A stretch of 64,000 nt of DNA. Origin: the human T2T-CHM13v2.0 reference genome, Homo sapiens. The translations under genes were made by a program, and so were the position numbers. Below, piece after piece: positions 37,800 through 53,728 of the stretch (the first letter of the stretch is position 1; each line of letters starts with the position of its first letter). The notes beneath the pieces were generated by a model. It did not search any database. It was not told where the DNA came from and worked only from the letters and a program-made list of their open reading frames with translations. Location of the stretch: NCBI RefSeq assembly GCF_009914755.1, contig NC_060944.1; one strand, given 5' to 3'.

Positions 37800-39630
37800 G
37801 TGGGTAAGTAACTACTGGTTCGCGCTTTGAACCCAACCAGCCCTCATCGCTCGGAGCCCTGCGTCCCCCGCTTCCCAATCCCAGAACCCCGGAAGCAGAT
37901 CTCCTCAGTCCCACTCCCTGAGGGTCCTACAGTCCGAGGTCCCGCAGCGAGGGAGGAGCAAACGCCTGAGCTCCGCGGGAACCCGGCGCGGCTGCCTGCG
38001 CGCACGCAGGGACCGGAGCCCGAGCCTGGGCCCTGCAAAGTGGGTCTCCCACTCGCTGCGCGTTCGAGTGGGGCCTCCGCTAAACATGCAGATTAAACAA
38101 GGGGCTTCCGATAAGGATAATTACAGGAGGCTGCGCATTGACTTTCCGTTACTAAAGGAAGACCCAAATCTCCCCCTTGCAAGCTGTTCCCGGGATTACC
38201 AAAACAATCACTTTCTTTTGAGATCATTGTCTTTTGAACCACTCCAGCTCGGGGCAGAACGCTTTAGACGCTGGCGTTGTTTTCCGCTCCGCGCGGAATT
38301 TTCCCCCAGATTTATCTCTGGGTTTAGGGAAGGCGTTGGGCATTCGGGACTGCGTAGTCGTTTGTAAATCCGAATTTGGGGTAGCAGTTAAGTGAGATAC
38401 CTACGCTTCCACACAGTTTGTAGCCCGAGACCAGTCAGGCAGGCAGGGTAGTCGATTCTAAGGTGGCCCGACCGGGGTCGCCCGCGAATGGAAAGCCTAA
38501 GGGGCGAGGGCGGACGCGGGCGCCGTGCCTGCAGCCCCGGGTGCCGACCAAGTGGCCTCACCTGGGACAGGTCTTGGGGTCTCCCTCCCCTAGGTCTCCC
38601 TGGAAGGTAGGCGATCACGGGAGTGACAGACCCCGAGTAGATAGCCAGTGATCCAAAGACACCAAAAGGCCAGGCGGTAGGAGCCCAGCCTCAGACACTC
38701 TCTATAGTGACCGCGGCGCCTCGGGAAGGATCGTCTTAAACTCATTTTGCAGGTGAGAGCAACTGGGACTTATTAACCCAGTCACATCGGACACAGAGAC
38801 GTGGCGAGGGCGACACAGAGCAGGAGACTCAATCAAGGAGCCCGTATTGGAGCTCTAAGGGGACTCAGAGATGCAGAAGGAACGAACTTCTAAGGGGTCT
38901 TGCAATTCCTGGACTGGGGCGTTCCTAATGCATCCCGGGACCCCAATGCCAGGGAGGGGCCTGCAGGACCCCAGCGGTGGGCGAGTTGTGTCCTGGGTCA
39001 CCTTGTGTTTCGCAGCGTGGCGGTGGCAGGAGCCCAGCGCGGGAGGACATTTTCATAGCCTCCTACAGTGAGAAACGCCCCCCACCCGACGCTGCGCTCA
39101 TCTGTGTCCCCGCTGTTGCCGGGGCTCTGGTATCCACTTGCGCGCCCTATGTGGTGGGGATCCACCCAGAGCCCAGCGTCAAGTTATACGGGCGCTTCAC
39201 TCAGCGTCAGCCAAGACCAGGGAAGCGCTTCTTGCCGTTTAGGAGACGTCTGCAAGAGATAAAAAGCTAGCCCACGATCCACCCACAATCCTCGTGTCCC
39301 CGGGGTGCCCTCGCAGTTGCCAAACCTACGGGCCGCGTTTAGGGGAAGCCTCCGCGTCCTGGCGGCCAAAAGAATGGGCTCCTTCCAGCTTCCCCCTACC
39401 GGATACCACCTGCAAATCTATTGCCAGAGGCGCAGCTCCCGCGAACGTTCCCGCCCCGGGCGGCCCCCAGGAGTCGTTTTGGGTCCCTAAATCCGTTGAG
39501 GGTTCCGAATCTGTCTTCATCAGCCAGGATTACCCGGGATTTAACTAATGAATAAAGGTTCCTCAGCTCATTATTTTCTAAGGAAGATTTCCAGCCCCTC
39601 TGTCGCCGACCGCGAATGTGCCTTGGCAGC
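37800..39630. promoter_or_regulatory. Upstream CpG island / regulatory domain of VSX1
   Basis: Sustained CpG richness with no repeats or credible CDS; clustered homeodomain cores (gattaa, ataatta, gggatta) at 38090-38200. Confidence 0.7.
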
Positions 39631-39872
39631 GCCAGGCTGAGGTTGGACCTGCTGTGAGTGGCTCAGCAGGCACCCCTCTTGGGCTTCTCAGAGCCGCGGC
39701 TGGCCAGGCTGGCGGGATAAAGTGCTCAGACACAATGGGGTGGGATGCCCCGAGAAGGTGAAACGGATCGCCCTGTGAGTCTGCAGAAATGACCCCCCAC
39801 GGCTCCGTTCTTCTGATTTTCCTCCCACCTCTGGCTGCTCCATCTCGGATGCTTTTGTGTCTTCAGTTAAAA

Positions 39873-40295
<423 letters not shown>

Positions 40296-41595
40296 TCACT
40301 CTGCCCACTAGCTAAAGGTGCCAATAATTAACACGTGGAGAAATGCGACACCAAACACTGACGGGAATTGCAATGTAAGCACCCCCCGCTACACACACAC
40401 AAACACACCCCTGCACAGAGTGACTCTTAGAGGTGCCTTCTACTCCGCCTCCCAGAGATCCAAGCAGGAGGAGCTTTAGTTACTTGCTGATGATTGCATT
40501 CCATATTGCCTCGTATCTAAATGCTGTTGTGCCTACCCAGACCCCCTTTCCAGAACTGTCGCACCTTCTTCCAGCTGTTGTGAGTGTGGGGCCCTCGAAT
40601 AGGAAGAATTGCCCTTGGCTGACAAAAGCCCCTTAATCCAGAGCCCCCCACCCCCTGACAAACACACACACTGTGTCATCAACTGACAGAGGGATGATAG
40701 GAGGCCTCTCCTCTCGTTTCAAAGGACAGCTCTGCAGAGGCGTTTCTGCTACAAGACCCTCTCCCTTCATGGATCAGACCAAGTCAGCTCCTTGCTCAGC
40801 TTGTTCCCACCCCATCTTGGCCCCTCATTCCTGAGACCTTGTCTCAATATCTCTCAGGCGCCCAGACCCTGTCCCTGGCTCTGCTTCTAGCCACCTGAGC
40901 TCAGACACTTCCTGTCTCCATCTCGCTTTTACCTGGGTGTTCCTGGAATGCTCAGCTCAAAGTCTACAGAGCCCTTCTTTCTTCTCAGGTGGAACCCCAC
41001 GGGGCAATCACCATCTCCCTGCCCAGATCTCTGGAATCTTCTCCAATCTGGACCCCACTCTTGAAGCCCAGGCTGTTGTCTCAATGTACTCCTGCATGTC
41101 TGAACCAGTCTCCCGGGGCACTGAAATGCAACACACCCAGAGCTGAACACAGCAGCCTCCCCTGCAGCCTGCACCTCCCCAGGTCTCCTCTTCCTCCACC
41201 CCGGGGCCCACACAGAATCGAGTGTCATCCTCAGGCCCTCACTCTCCCCACAGGCTCTCCTCCCATGACTGAAAGTGATGAAGATGGCCAACCTCTCTTG
41301 GCTTCTTACTGGGGGGCAGCTATTATTATAAACACCTTATCACAATGGCCACATTTCATCCTGACCACAGCTCTATGGGTAGATAATATTATTGTCCACA
41401 TGCTTCAGATGAGGAAGTGAAAATTTCAAGTGATTAAATAATTGCATAAATTGCCCAAGGTCACTCACTATCCAGTGGCAAAGACAGGATTTGAATACAA
41501 GCAGTGTCAGCTCACGGCCTAACTCTGACTGTGGGTGTCTTGCTGCCCTGCATCTCTCTTCAAACCCTCTCAAAGTGGCATCTTCTTTCCTTTGC

Positions 41596-42027
41596 CTGCT
41601 CTGATTTGACTGTGTGCCCTGAAGTTCGTGTGTTGTGCCTTAATCGCCAATGCAACAGTGTTGAGAGGTGGAGGCTTTAGGGAGTGATTAGGTCAGGAGG
41701 GCTCTGCCCTGAGGAGTGGATCAATACCATTGTTGCAGGAGTGGGTTAGTTATTGTGGGAATGGGTTAGTTATCGTGAGAGTGGGTTAGTGACCATGGGA
41801 GTGGGCACATGAGTTTGGCCCCTTCCCGCCCCCTCTTCTGCTCTTCCTCTCTCACCATGTGACACCTTCCACCATGTGATGTGGCAGCAAGAAGGCCCTC
41901 ACCTGATGTGGTCCCTTGACCTTGAACTTCTTCCCAGTCTCCAAACCATGAGCCAAATAAACCTGTATTGTTTATGAATTACGCAGTCTGTGGTATTCTG
42001 TTACCGCAGCACAGAACAGACCATGAC
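41596..42027 (+). mobile_element. MaLR LTR (MSTB-like)
   Basis: taatcgccaatgcaacagtgttgagaggtgg...gcaagaaggccctcacc...aaataaacctg...gtattctgtta. Confidence 0.8.
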
Positions 42028-45000
42028 ACCACCCATTGCCACAACATGGCTCAGACCAATTGCTCACTTGCTGGAGTGGAATTTATTTTTTAGTCTAGGG
42101 CTACTCAGTATACAAATGAGTTTCAGAGTACCCTAAAGAGGTGGCTTCTAAAAAAAAAAAGAAAGAAAGAAAGAAAAAAAACAGCAGGTAAAGTCCTCCT
42201 TGTCCCACTCCTTGGCAGTTCTGTGACCTTGACCCAGGGACAAAAGGAGAGGGAGGGTTTTCTGCAGCAGCAATGGTGGGTGTCCCGTGGCTACCCTGCA
42301 TGCTATGGCACACTCACTGCTGTGCCCTGTGGTGACTTGGCCTTGTTCCCAGGTGCCTGGGCTGCACATCCCTGCCCTTCCTCTCCAGCTGTCCATCAGT
42401 CTGGGGAGGGGGTGTATGGGGGAGAAACAATGCCATTCAGTAAGGCTATTTTCTGTGTAAATTGGCTGGGTGACATTTCTGTGGTTTGCATCCAATAACC
42501 CTGTCTAGGGTGTATGGCCAGGGCTCTGCCCTCTGGAATCTCCTTCTACCTCCTTCATGCCCCTCCCCATACCCCACCACTGCCATCTTTATTCCACAGC
42601 CACAGTGATCCTTGCCTGAGCACAGCCTATTGCTCCCTACTGCAGTTTCCTCAATGGCTTCCCCTTGCCACATGGGCAATGCTAACTCCTAACTCCTTCC
42701 TGCTAGTGACTGAAGAAGTGATGGTATCACATGCCCAGCTCATCAGTGAACAAGCAGGCTCTTGAGAGTCAGCAATGTGGTATATCCTATAAAACTGACC
42801 CAGGGTGCGGAGATCAGGGTTGTCCATCCTCTCATCAGCCCCATGAGAGCACCAGCCCCCGAGTTCCCTTTCTTGGCTGGATGTTCCGGTTACTATTTTA
42901 AGGTAACACATTATCCCAAAACTCAGCTACTTACAAACCATTTCATTTTGGTCACAGTTTTGTGGCTCAAAAATCTGGGGAGAGCTCAGCAGGCCATTAT
43001 CACTTAGAGCCCTCCTGTGGTTGCTGTCTGGGGTGGCAGTCATCTGAGGGCTCAACGGGGCTGTGCTGGGTGCTCAAGGCAGCCCGCTCACATGGCCCAG
43101 GCTGATTGGCCTTGTGGGCTCTCGGGGAGTTGGGAGCATCCCACAAGAACCAGGCAGATGCTGCACAGCCTTTGCTGGCCCTTCCACAGAAGTCAGAGCA
43201 TTACTTCCATCACATTCAGTCAGCGAGGCCATAGCATGAGTTTTGGGGGAGTGGCACTTCTGCTTTCATGGGCCCCTTCTTCCATAAAAATATTTAAAGT
43301 TGTATTTTGTGCCTATGTTGGCATAAAGGTGAATATAATCCAGTCTAGATTCATTATTGTATATTCTTTATTATTGTACTCATTTTTCCTTCTGATTTTA
43401 AAATATATTCAATGGCATTAGAAGCATAGGCCCTGGGCATTGTACCCAAGGCATTAGTGTGCACTGGCCCTGCTGACTGGTTTAAGCAGCCACAAGCCAC
43501 CAGATTCAAGGACAGGACACAGATTCAAGGTGGGACACAGGACCCACCACATCGCACTTGCAGGGCCAGGCGCCAAGCAGTGCTCAGCCATCCATCAACG
43601 CCCAGCCCAAATGGTTCCTCACCGCAGAGCCTCCCCAGGTTTTCCTGCCCCAGCTGGAACAAAATCACTGCTGCACTCTTGAAGCACTTGATGCTCCTTT
43701 GGTCTTATTTTCTTATTCTTAAGTTCTTTTGTGTCTGTTCTCATCTCCTACCTGGCTCCAGGAGCCCAGAACTGAGTCTTTTCATTAACACATCCCCTGG
43801 ACAAATGTTCTTTACCTTCCAGGACAGTGACTTCCCTGGTGGCCTCTGGAAGAGGCCTCCTTACTATGTGCCAGTGGTTCTCAAAGTGTGGTTCCCAAAA
43901 GTGGTTCTGGCCACCTGGGCATTGGCCAGAAAAACAAACTCTTGGACCCCATCCAGACCTCCAACATCAGAGACCTTGGGGAGACCCATGATCTGTGTGT
44001 TCACAAGCCCCCCAGAGGACCCTGAGCCCCACTCAAGTTTGAGAACCACATCTTCTATTAATGCTTCATGAACCATATATCCTGACTGGTTTTACAAATA
44101 TGTTGTGGGTGCAGAAACACCCAGTTATTCTCAAATGCTCTGAGGAGCTATGAGGAAAGCTTGAGTTCAGCACTAAGATAATAGTCAGCACCAGACATGA
44201 GCTTAGGGAATCAGGAAATTGAGGTTCTAAAAGGAGAAGGAAAAAAGAAAAGAGAAAATTTTATTTTAAAATGTTACATATCAAAAAATACATTAGTGGG
44301 AAAACTCACAGCCACCATCGGTGGGGCCCTTGGTCTGCGCCAGGCACTGCAGAGCTTCTCACGAACCCATTCACTTACCACTTGTGACAGCTCTGATGAG
44401 GGAGGTCCTGTATCGTCCCCATTCTGTGGGTGAGAAAACGGAGGCCCAGAGCTGGGACCAGCCCAACAGCCAGGGGAGCGGTCAGGACCCAAATCCTGAC
44501 GGTCAGGCTAGAAGCAGCGAAATCTCCACGGGGCCTGGTCTGTGGCTTAACCTTGGTTTTGTTCTTCATGTTGCAGCGCTTGGGATCTGGCGAGGTCTGA
44601 CTCTTACACTGTTCCAACTGCTGTAGACGGATGGCATTATGGGCTTGAGGCAGATTTCCCAGAGGCTCACATGCCCCATGGCCGGTCTTTTCCCTTTAGG
44701 TCCTGAGACAATAGGAAAATCCTGGGTAGGAATCCAGGTAACACTTTGATTCCAAAGAACATACTTCTCTTCCTCCTTTTCCAGCCTCTTCACTGTCTCT
44801 CTCCTCTCCTCTCTTCTCTTCCTTAGCTTCTTCTGGTTAAGTTCCATCTGTAAGACAAAGGAACCCAGAGCCAAGTTAAGCTTAGGAGAGGACACACCAT
44901 CCAGTCCCTGAGCTAAGCCCACCCTCGGACCCCACTGCAGAAAAGGTCATGAGCAGAGGGCACAGAAGGATCTGCCTCTCCTCCTCTCCCCCATGGCAGA

Positions 45001-47745
45001 CAAAAGCAGGTGCACTGTGTGGACATCAAGAAGGTGAGAGGGAGGTGACATAGGCCACCCTAACCAGAAGGTCACACCTGGGCATGTGAGGGGCCGCTGA
45101 AGGACAGCCCAAGAGCTGCTGCTGAGCTTCATTTCTGGTATTAAACAAGCACTAGGTCATCTCTTGGCAATTGAGAAACCTGGCCAATGATAATGTGCTT
45201 TTAACCAGCTCATATTAGAAGTGAATGTGATCACTATCCCAGCTCACAGGTAGCACCGAGGCTCTAGGCAAAGGTCAGAACAACTCTGCCAGGGTGGCGT
45301 GACTGCGGGTTCCTGCCTCTGCTTGCTGGGGACCTACTTACTCCAAGGAGGCAGGCACCGGCCATGACCCTATTTGAAGGAGGTCTTTGCTCCTCCCTCT
45401 GTGCTCAACTCCCAGTCAGCTCCCTCCAAGGCATCCACCACAATTGCAACCGTTCACTCACCTGCTGGTTTACTGCTTTACCCATCTGCCTTGCCGGATG
45501 CTGTAGCTGACAGTGCTGGCAGGCTGCCCTCCGGGTCGCCTGCAGCCTCTGTAGACAGTTCACACACACACCACAGCTTCCTGCCTGCAGCACCTGCCAC
45601 TCGAGCGGAGGATGCCCCAAAGCCAGGAGTGCACCAGCTAGGACTGAAGTCCTGGGGGGCAGAGGGTGATGCCTCCAGCAGCCACTCTTGACAGATGACA
45701 GGGGTTGATGGATGATACCTGGCCAAGGGGTGCAATGATCCTGTGGTAGGAAAATCCCGAAGAGAAATCACCTTGCATAGTCACCCGAGGTCCTGGTGTG
45801 ATTGAGCCTTGGGAAATGCCACTTGCTGTCACAGCTTCTCTGTGTCCCTGCCCCTCCCCTACTAGAACTTCCTGGGTTCCTCCCACATTACTTACTTCAC
45901 TCAAATCCCTGTCTCAGAGTCTGCTGTGCAGAACCCAAGCCTAGACTGACCATAAGCTCCAGAGCAGGGCTGGGGCTGGCCTGGGGCCCCTGCATGCCAG
46001 GGCCCCGCACACTCCTGGTGCAGAGCCAGTGCTTAGTGAAGGTCTGCAGCGGGGGAACAGGCCATAAGATGGAGGAGTCTGAACCATATGCCTGTTGCCT
46101 GACGGGGTCTCCTGGGAGAAACTTAGCTCTTCCCCATTCACTCCACATTAGATCTGGAGTCCTCTCCCCAGTCCTGTCCCCATGCTCAAGGCCTGGTCCA
46201 AGGAAGGTTGGCTGGGAGCATGTCATCCACTGTAACCTGAGTGCTCAAGAGGAAAGAAAGGCGCCCCAACATCAGACTCTCACAGCCCAGCCCTGGGACT
46301 GCCCTCCTGCAGGAAGAAGCTGAATATTTTACAAAATACTAGAAGAAGAGGCTGAGAAATTTACAAACCTGTTTCACTCACCGGTTTCAACAAAAGTGTG
46401 GAAATGAATGTCACTGAGCTGCCACCCTGAAACTGCTTTGTTTGTGCTGAGTTTTCACTGATGAAGGCTAGCAGAAGCGGCAGCATGGCTAGGGCACCTT
46501 GGGGACTCTGGCAGGGTTGGCTGCAGCAGCCATCTGTGTGGACCCAGTACCTCCAGTCCATCACCCTGAGTGGAGGGTTGCAGCATGCTTGTCTGATTAC
46601 TGACTCTTCTTCTAGCTCACTCCCCCTAACACACTAATAACCGGACATGCTCAGATCGGTCAGAGAAATGCTCATGAAAGAGTGGAGGAAGAGAAGGAGA
46701 AATCAGAAAGGAGAGGGTACAACAATGAAGAAGACCCATCCATCGCAGACACTGGCCACCACATGCATTAAATCAGCCCTTCCTGGACACAACAAAGGCC
46801 ACTATCCTAAGTTCAGCTCCCTGTAGAGACAGGAAATGGCAAATGCTGAGACATTTTATTCCTAAACTACCGTTATAGTCAAGTCTTTTGTCTGCCAAAG
46901 GGGAAAGGATTCTGCAGTGGTTTATGCTCTTCATCCTCTCACACACTTAGAGGAACTTTGAGTACATACTTCCCATACTGCTGAGCATACATCTTCGGGT
47001 CCTGAGGGTTCTTGTCTTTCATTTCAAGTAGGAGGTAAATTTTAGAGTGCCCTGGCCAAGGAGGGAGCCCATTCAGATGGTTGCAAGGAAGTGGGGGGCC
47101 TTCGAATTTTATTTTTGGTTTACATAATACTTCAGATGCATGCACCTAACAACAGAGTATCAAAACACAGGAAGCGAAAACTGATAGAACAGCAAGGAAA
47201 ATATAAGCTATATAAAATTCTTTACTGCATTAATAGTTGGAGACTTCAACGCTCCTTTATCAGTAATTGATAGATCTAGTGGGCATAAAATCAGTAAGGG
47301 TATAGTAAGGAACAGCACCATTTATCACTGGATCTAACTGACGTCTATAGAGTACTTCATCCAACAACAGCAGAATACATATTTTTCTCAAGATCACATG
47401 GAACATTCATCAAATAGGCCATATTCGAGGCCATAACACATACCTTAACAAATTTAAACGAATAGAAATTATCCAAAATATGTTCTCAGAGCACAGTGGA
47501 ATTAAACTAGAAGTCAAAAACAGAAATCTACCAGAAGCTGAAAAAAAAATCCCCAAATATATGGAGATTAAGCAATGTACTTCTATTTTACATAAGAATT
47601 AAAGAAGAAGTCTCAAGAAAAATTAAAAAGTATTTTTAACTTAATGAAAATAAAAATACAACTTACCAAATGTGTGGAATGCAGTGAAAACAGTGCTTAG
47701 AGGAAAATATGTAACATTAAATTCATTTGCTAGAAAAGAAGGAAG

Positions 47746-48097
<352 letters not shown>

Positions 48098-48796
48098 TTA
48101 GAAAAAAAGAAGGGCAAATTGAATCAAAAGTAGATATAAGAAAATAAATTTTAAAATTAGAGAATAATTCAATAAAATGGAAAGTAAGAAATCATTAGAA
48201 AAAATAAATGAAACCAAAAGCTGATTCTTTGAAAAGAACAATAAAATCAGTAAACCTCTATTCTGGCTAAGTGAAAAAGAAAGAGATACAAATTGCTCAT
48301 ACTGTAAATAAAAGAAGGGTCATCACTGCTGATCCCATGAACATTAAAAAGATAATAAGGAAGTATTATAAACAAATATATGTATACAGTTGATAAGCTG
48401 GATGAAATGGATCAATTTTCTGAAAGACACAAATTACCAAAACTCACAAAAAGAGAAATAGATATTCTAAGTAGGTCTATATCTACTAAAGAAATTAAAT
48501 TAATAAGTAATAGCCCTCAAAAAATAAAGCACTAAAGACCAGGTTATTTCACTGGTTGCTTCCACCAAACCATTTAAGGAAAAAATAATACGAATTCTCA
48601 AAGTCTCTTCCAAAATATAAAAACAAAGGGAATTCTTCCTAACTCATTCTATGAGGCCAACATTACACTAACACCAAAACTAGATAAAGACATTACAGGA
48701 AAGGAAAAATACAAACCAGTATCTCTCATGAACATAGATGCCAAAATCATCATCAAAATATTAGCAAATTAACCCAAAAGTGTATAAAAAGAATTA

Positions 48797-49075
48797 TGCC
48801 AGGGACAGTGGCTCACGCTTGTAATCCCAGCAACTCAGGAGGTTAAAGTGGGAGGATTGCTTAAGGCCAGGAATTAGAGACCAGCTGGGCAACATAGAAA
48901 GACCCCTGTATCTAAAAATAAAAATAAATTCAATAGCGAGCCATGGTGCTGTATGCCTTTAGTCCCACTACTAGGGAGGCAAAGGCAGGAAGATCCTTTG
49001 AGCCTAGGAGTTCATGACTCCTAGCTATGACTAGAGCTATGACTGTGCCACTGTACTCCAGCTTGGGTGACAGAT
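48797..49075 (+). mobile_element. Diverged AluJ inserted in L1
   Basis: gccagggacagtggctcacg...gccactgtactccagcttgggtgacaga. Confidence 0.85.
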
Positions 49076-49121
49076 TTAATCCCAGGTATGCAAGCCTGGT
49101 TCTACATTTAAAAATCAATCA

Positions 49122-49424
<303 letters not shown>

Positions 49425-49600
49425 TCAACTAATGTAATCTATCACATAGAAATGAAGAAATCATATTGTCATATTTTCAAATGCAGAAAAAATGACAAAA
49501 TCTAACACCCATTCAAGATAAAGAAAAAAATCCTCTCAGAAAACTAGGAATAGAGGAAGACTTTCTCAACTTGATAAAGAACATCTACAAAAAACCTACA

Positions 49601-50677
49601 ACTCCACAAAACAACCAGAAAACAACAAAATGGCAGGACTAAGTTCTTACTTATCAATAATAACATTGAATGCAAATGGACAAAACTCTCTAATAAAAAG
49701 ATATAGAGTGGCTCAACGAATTAAAAAACAAGACCTACAAGAAACACATTTAGTCCATAAAGACACACATAGACTGAAAATAAAGAAATGGACAAAGATA
49801 TTGCATGCCAATGGAAACAAAAAAGAGCAGGAGTGGCTATGCTTATATCAGACAGAATAGATTTCAAGATAAAAACTATAAGAAAAGACAAAGTAGCTCA
49901 CTGCATAGTAATAAAGGGGTCAGTTCAGCAAGAAGATATAAAAATTGTAAATATATATGCACTTAACTTTGGAGCACCCAGATATATAAAGAAAATATTA
50001 TTAGAGCTAAAGAAAGAGATAGGCCCCAGTACAATAACAGTTAGAGAATTCAACCCCCCACTTTCAACATTGGATAGGTCTTCCAGACAGAAAATCAGCA
50101 AAGAAACATCAGACTTAATCTGCACTACAGAAAAAATTGACATAGGAAGTGGAGATCATTATGTTAAGTGAAAACTGCTCCCATGTTTTCAGGTATCTTT
50201 ATAGCAATGCCCCACGTCTCTGGTACCAATTTTCTGTATTAGTCCATTATCACACTGCTCTAAAGAACTACCTGAAACTGGGTAATTTATTTTAAAAAGA
50301 GGTTTAGTTGACTCGCAGTTCCACAGGCTATGTAGAAGGCATGGCTGGAGAGGCCTCAGAAAACTTACAATCATGATGGAAGAGTGAATGGGAAGCAAGT
50401 ATGTCTTCACAGGGTGGCAGGAGAAAGAGAGAGAGAGGGTGAAGGGGAAGTGCTATACACTTTAAACAATCAGATATCATGAGAACTCACTCACTATCAT
50501 GAGAAGAGCCAGGGGAAAATCTTCCCCCATGATCCAATCACCTCCCACCAGGTCCCTTCCTCAACACTGGAGATTACAATTCAACATGAGATTTGGATGG
50601 GGATAGAGAACTAAACCATGTCACCCATAAATGTATACATCTACTATGTACCGACAAAAATTAAAAATAAATTTTTT
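49601..50677 (+). mobile_element. Nested, internally deleted L1MA/L1PB-type insertion containing a minus-strand MaLR (MST/THE1) LTR at 50235-50623
   Basis: ORF2 start MAGLSSYLSIITLNANG, L1 3' terminus at 50624-50677, TSD aaaaacctaca at 49590-49600 and 50678-50688. Confidence 0.75.
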
Positions 50678-52750
50678 AAAAACCTACAGCTAACATCATA
50701 CTTAGTGGTGAGGAACTAGATGCTGTCCCCTTAATTTTGGGTAAAAGGTAAGAATGTCCCCTGTCACCACTCCTATTCAATATCATACTGGACGTCCTAG
50801 TCAATGCAATAAGAAAAGAAAAGGCATACAAATTGGGAGGGAAGAAATAAAACTTTCTTTGCAGATGAAATGATTGTCTATGTAGAAAATTTCAAAGCAT
50901 CAAGAAAATAAACTCCTGAAGCTAATACACCATCGTAGCAAGGTGGCAGGATACAAGAGTAATAGGCAAAGTTAAGTGCTGTCTTATATAGCACCAATGA
51001 GTAAATGGGATTTCAAATTAAAAATATAACACATTTACATTAGCACAAATAAATGAAATATTTATACCTAAATGAAATGTTTAGGTATAAATCTCAGAAA
51101 ATGTGTACAGAATCTATATGAGGAAAACTATAAAACTTTGATGAAAGAAATCAAATATCTAAATAAATGGAGAGATATCCATGTTCATGAATATGAAGAC
51201 TAAATATTGTTAAGATGTCAATTCTTCCTAACTTAATCTATAGATTCAAAACTATCCCAATCAAAATCCCAGCAAGTTGCTTTGTGGATATCAACGAAGT
51301 AATTCTAAAGTTTGTGTGGGAAGGTAAAAGACTCATAAAAGCCAACACAGTTGCATTGGCTGAAATAGAACAAGGCCAGAGGACTGACACTACCTAATTT
51401 CCAGACTTGCTATAAAGCTACAGTAATAAAGACAAAATGGTATTCATGAAAGAAGAGACACATAGGTTAATGGAACAGAACAGAAAGCCTAGGAGTGGAC
51501 CTACCTAAATATATTCAACTGATCTTAACAAAGACAATTTACTGGAGACAGGATAAGTTTTTCAGCAAATGATGTGGGAATAATTAACACCCACAGTCAA
51601 AAAAATAACGTTACACCTTATCCAAAAAATAACTCAAGATGAATCATAGACCTAAATGTAAAATGCAAAACTATAAAACTCCTAGATGATAATTTAGGAA
51701 GAAATCTAAATGATCTTGGATTTGGTGATGACTTTTTAGATACAACCCCAAAAGTACAATCCATGGCAAAAATAATTGACGTTAGACTTTATTAAAATTA
51801 AAAATATCTGCTCAGTGATACACATTGTTAAGATAATGAAAAGACAAGACACAGACTGGGAAAAAATATTTGCAAATCACAGATCTGTTAAAGGTCTTGT
51901 ATTCAATATATAGAAAGAACTCTTAAAATTCAACAAGAAAACAAGCGACCCAGTTTTTAAGTGGGCAAAAGATCTGAACAGACACTTATGAAAGAAGATA
52001 TCCAGATGGCAACAATTATATGAAATGATGCTCAACATCATATGTCATTAAGGAACTTCAGATTAAAATAATGAGATAACACTACACGCTGATCACAATG
52101 ATGAAAACCCAAAACACTCACAACACCAAATGCTGATGGGAATGTGGAGCAACAGGAACTCTCATTCATTGCAGGGAATGCAAAATGGTGTAGCCAGCTT
52201 GGAGGACGTGTGGCTGTTTGTTCCAAAGCTAAACAGAGTCTCACCATGTGGTCCAGCAATCACACGCCTTGCTGTTTACTCAATTGAGTTGATAATTTAT
52301 GCCCTCACAAGAACCTGCATAGGAATGTTGATAGCAGCTTTTTCCTAGTAGCCAAAAACTGAAAGCAATCAAGATGCTCCCTCAATTGATGAATATATAA
52401 ACAAATCCAGGCAATGGAATCTCATTCAGTGATAAAAAGAAGTGAGTTATCTAGCCAAGAAAAGACATGGAGCAACCTCACATGCAATGCATGTTGGTAA
52501 ATAAAAGACACTAAAGTGACACATAAGTGACATACTTATTGTATGATTCCAACTATGGGACATTTTGGAAAAGGCAAAACAATGCAGACAGTAAAAAGAT
52601 CTGTGGTTGCCAGGAATTTGGAGGGAGGAAGGGAGAGATGAATAGGCAGAATGCAGAGGACTTTTAGGACAATGAAAGTGTTGTATATGATGCTATAATG
52701 GTGGATACACAACATTATACATTTGTCTAAACCCATAGATTGTACAACAT

Positions 52751-52885
52751 AGCCAGGCACAGTGGCTCATGCTTATAAACCCAAAGCTTTGGCAGGCCAA
52801 GGTGGGAAGATTACCTGACCCAGGAGTTCGAGACCAGCCTGGGCAACATAGTGAGACCTCATCTCTACAAAAAATTTTTAAAAAA
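52751..52885 (+). mobile_element. Alu left monomer (FLAM/AluJ-like)
   Basis: agccaggcacagtggctca...gttcgagaccagcctgggcaacatag; flanking tacaaca duplication. Confidence 0.88.
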
Positions 52886-53360
52886 ATAATATACAACACA
52901 AACGATGAACCCTAATGTGAACTGCAGACTTTAGTTAATAATGTACCAATATTGGTTCATTGGTTATAACAAATGTAGCACACCACTGCAAGATGCTAAT
53001 AATAGGGGAAGCTGTGGAGGAGGAGGGGTGTATTGGCAACTCTCTGTACTTTCTGCTCAATTTTTAAAAATAAAGAAAAAGTCTGGTTGCTAAAGCTGGC
53101 AAGGTCCACAAAGCAGTTCTTCTCACCACTCTGGTTTTTACCCTTTATTTGTGGCCACTGAAAATTCCCCTTAAGTGATGAGAGATAAGCTGTGACTTTA
53201 AAAGGTCACGTATGACATCCAAGTTCAAGAAGCATGGTATTGCAGCCTAGACTCTGTGCTCCCTGATTCCTCCAGAAAAGCACAAGGATTTAATCCAGAT
53301 AGATATAAATTTCACCTGGGATCATTTATCAGTCCACCTTCTTCTTTAAGAAATATGCTA

Positions 53361-53670
<310 letters not shown>

Positions 53671-53728
53671 CTAAAGAGCCGCAGATTGGGTCTTCATGAA
53701 AACAAAGAAAAAGCCATGAAGTTTCTAC

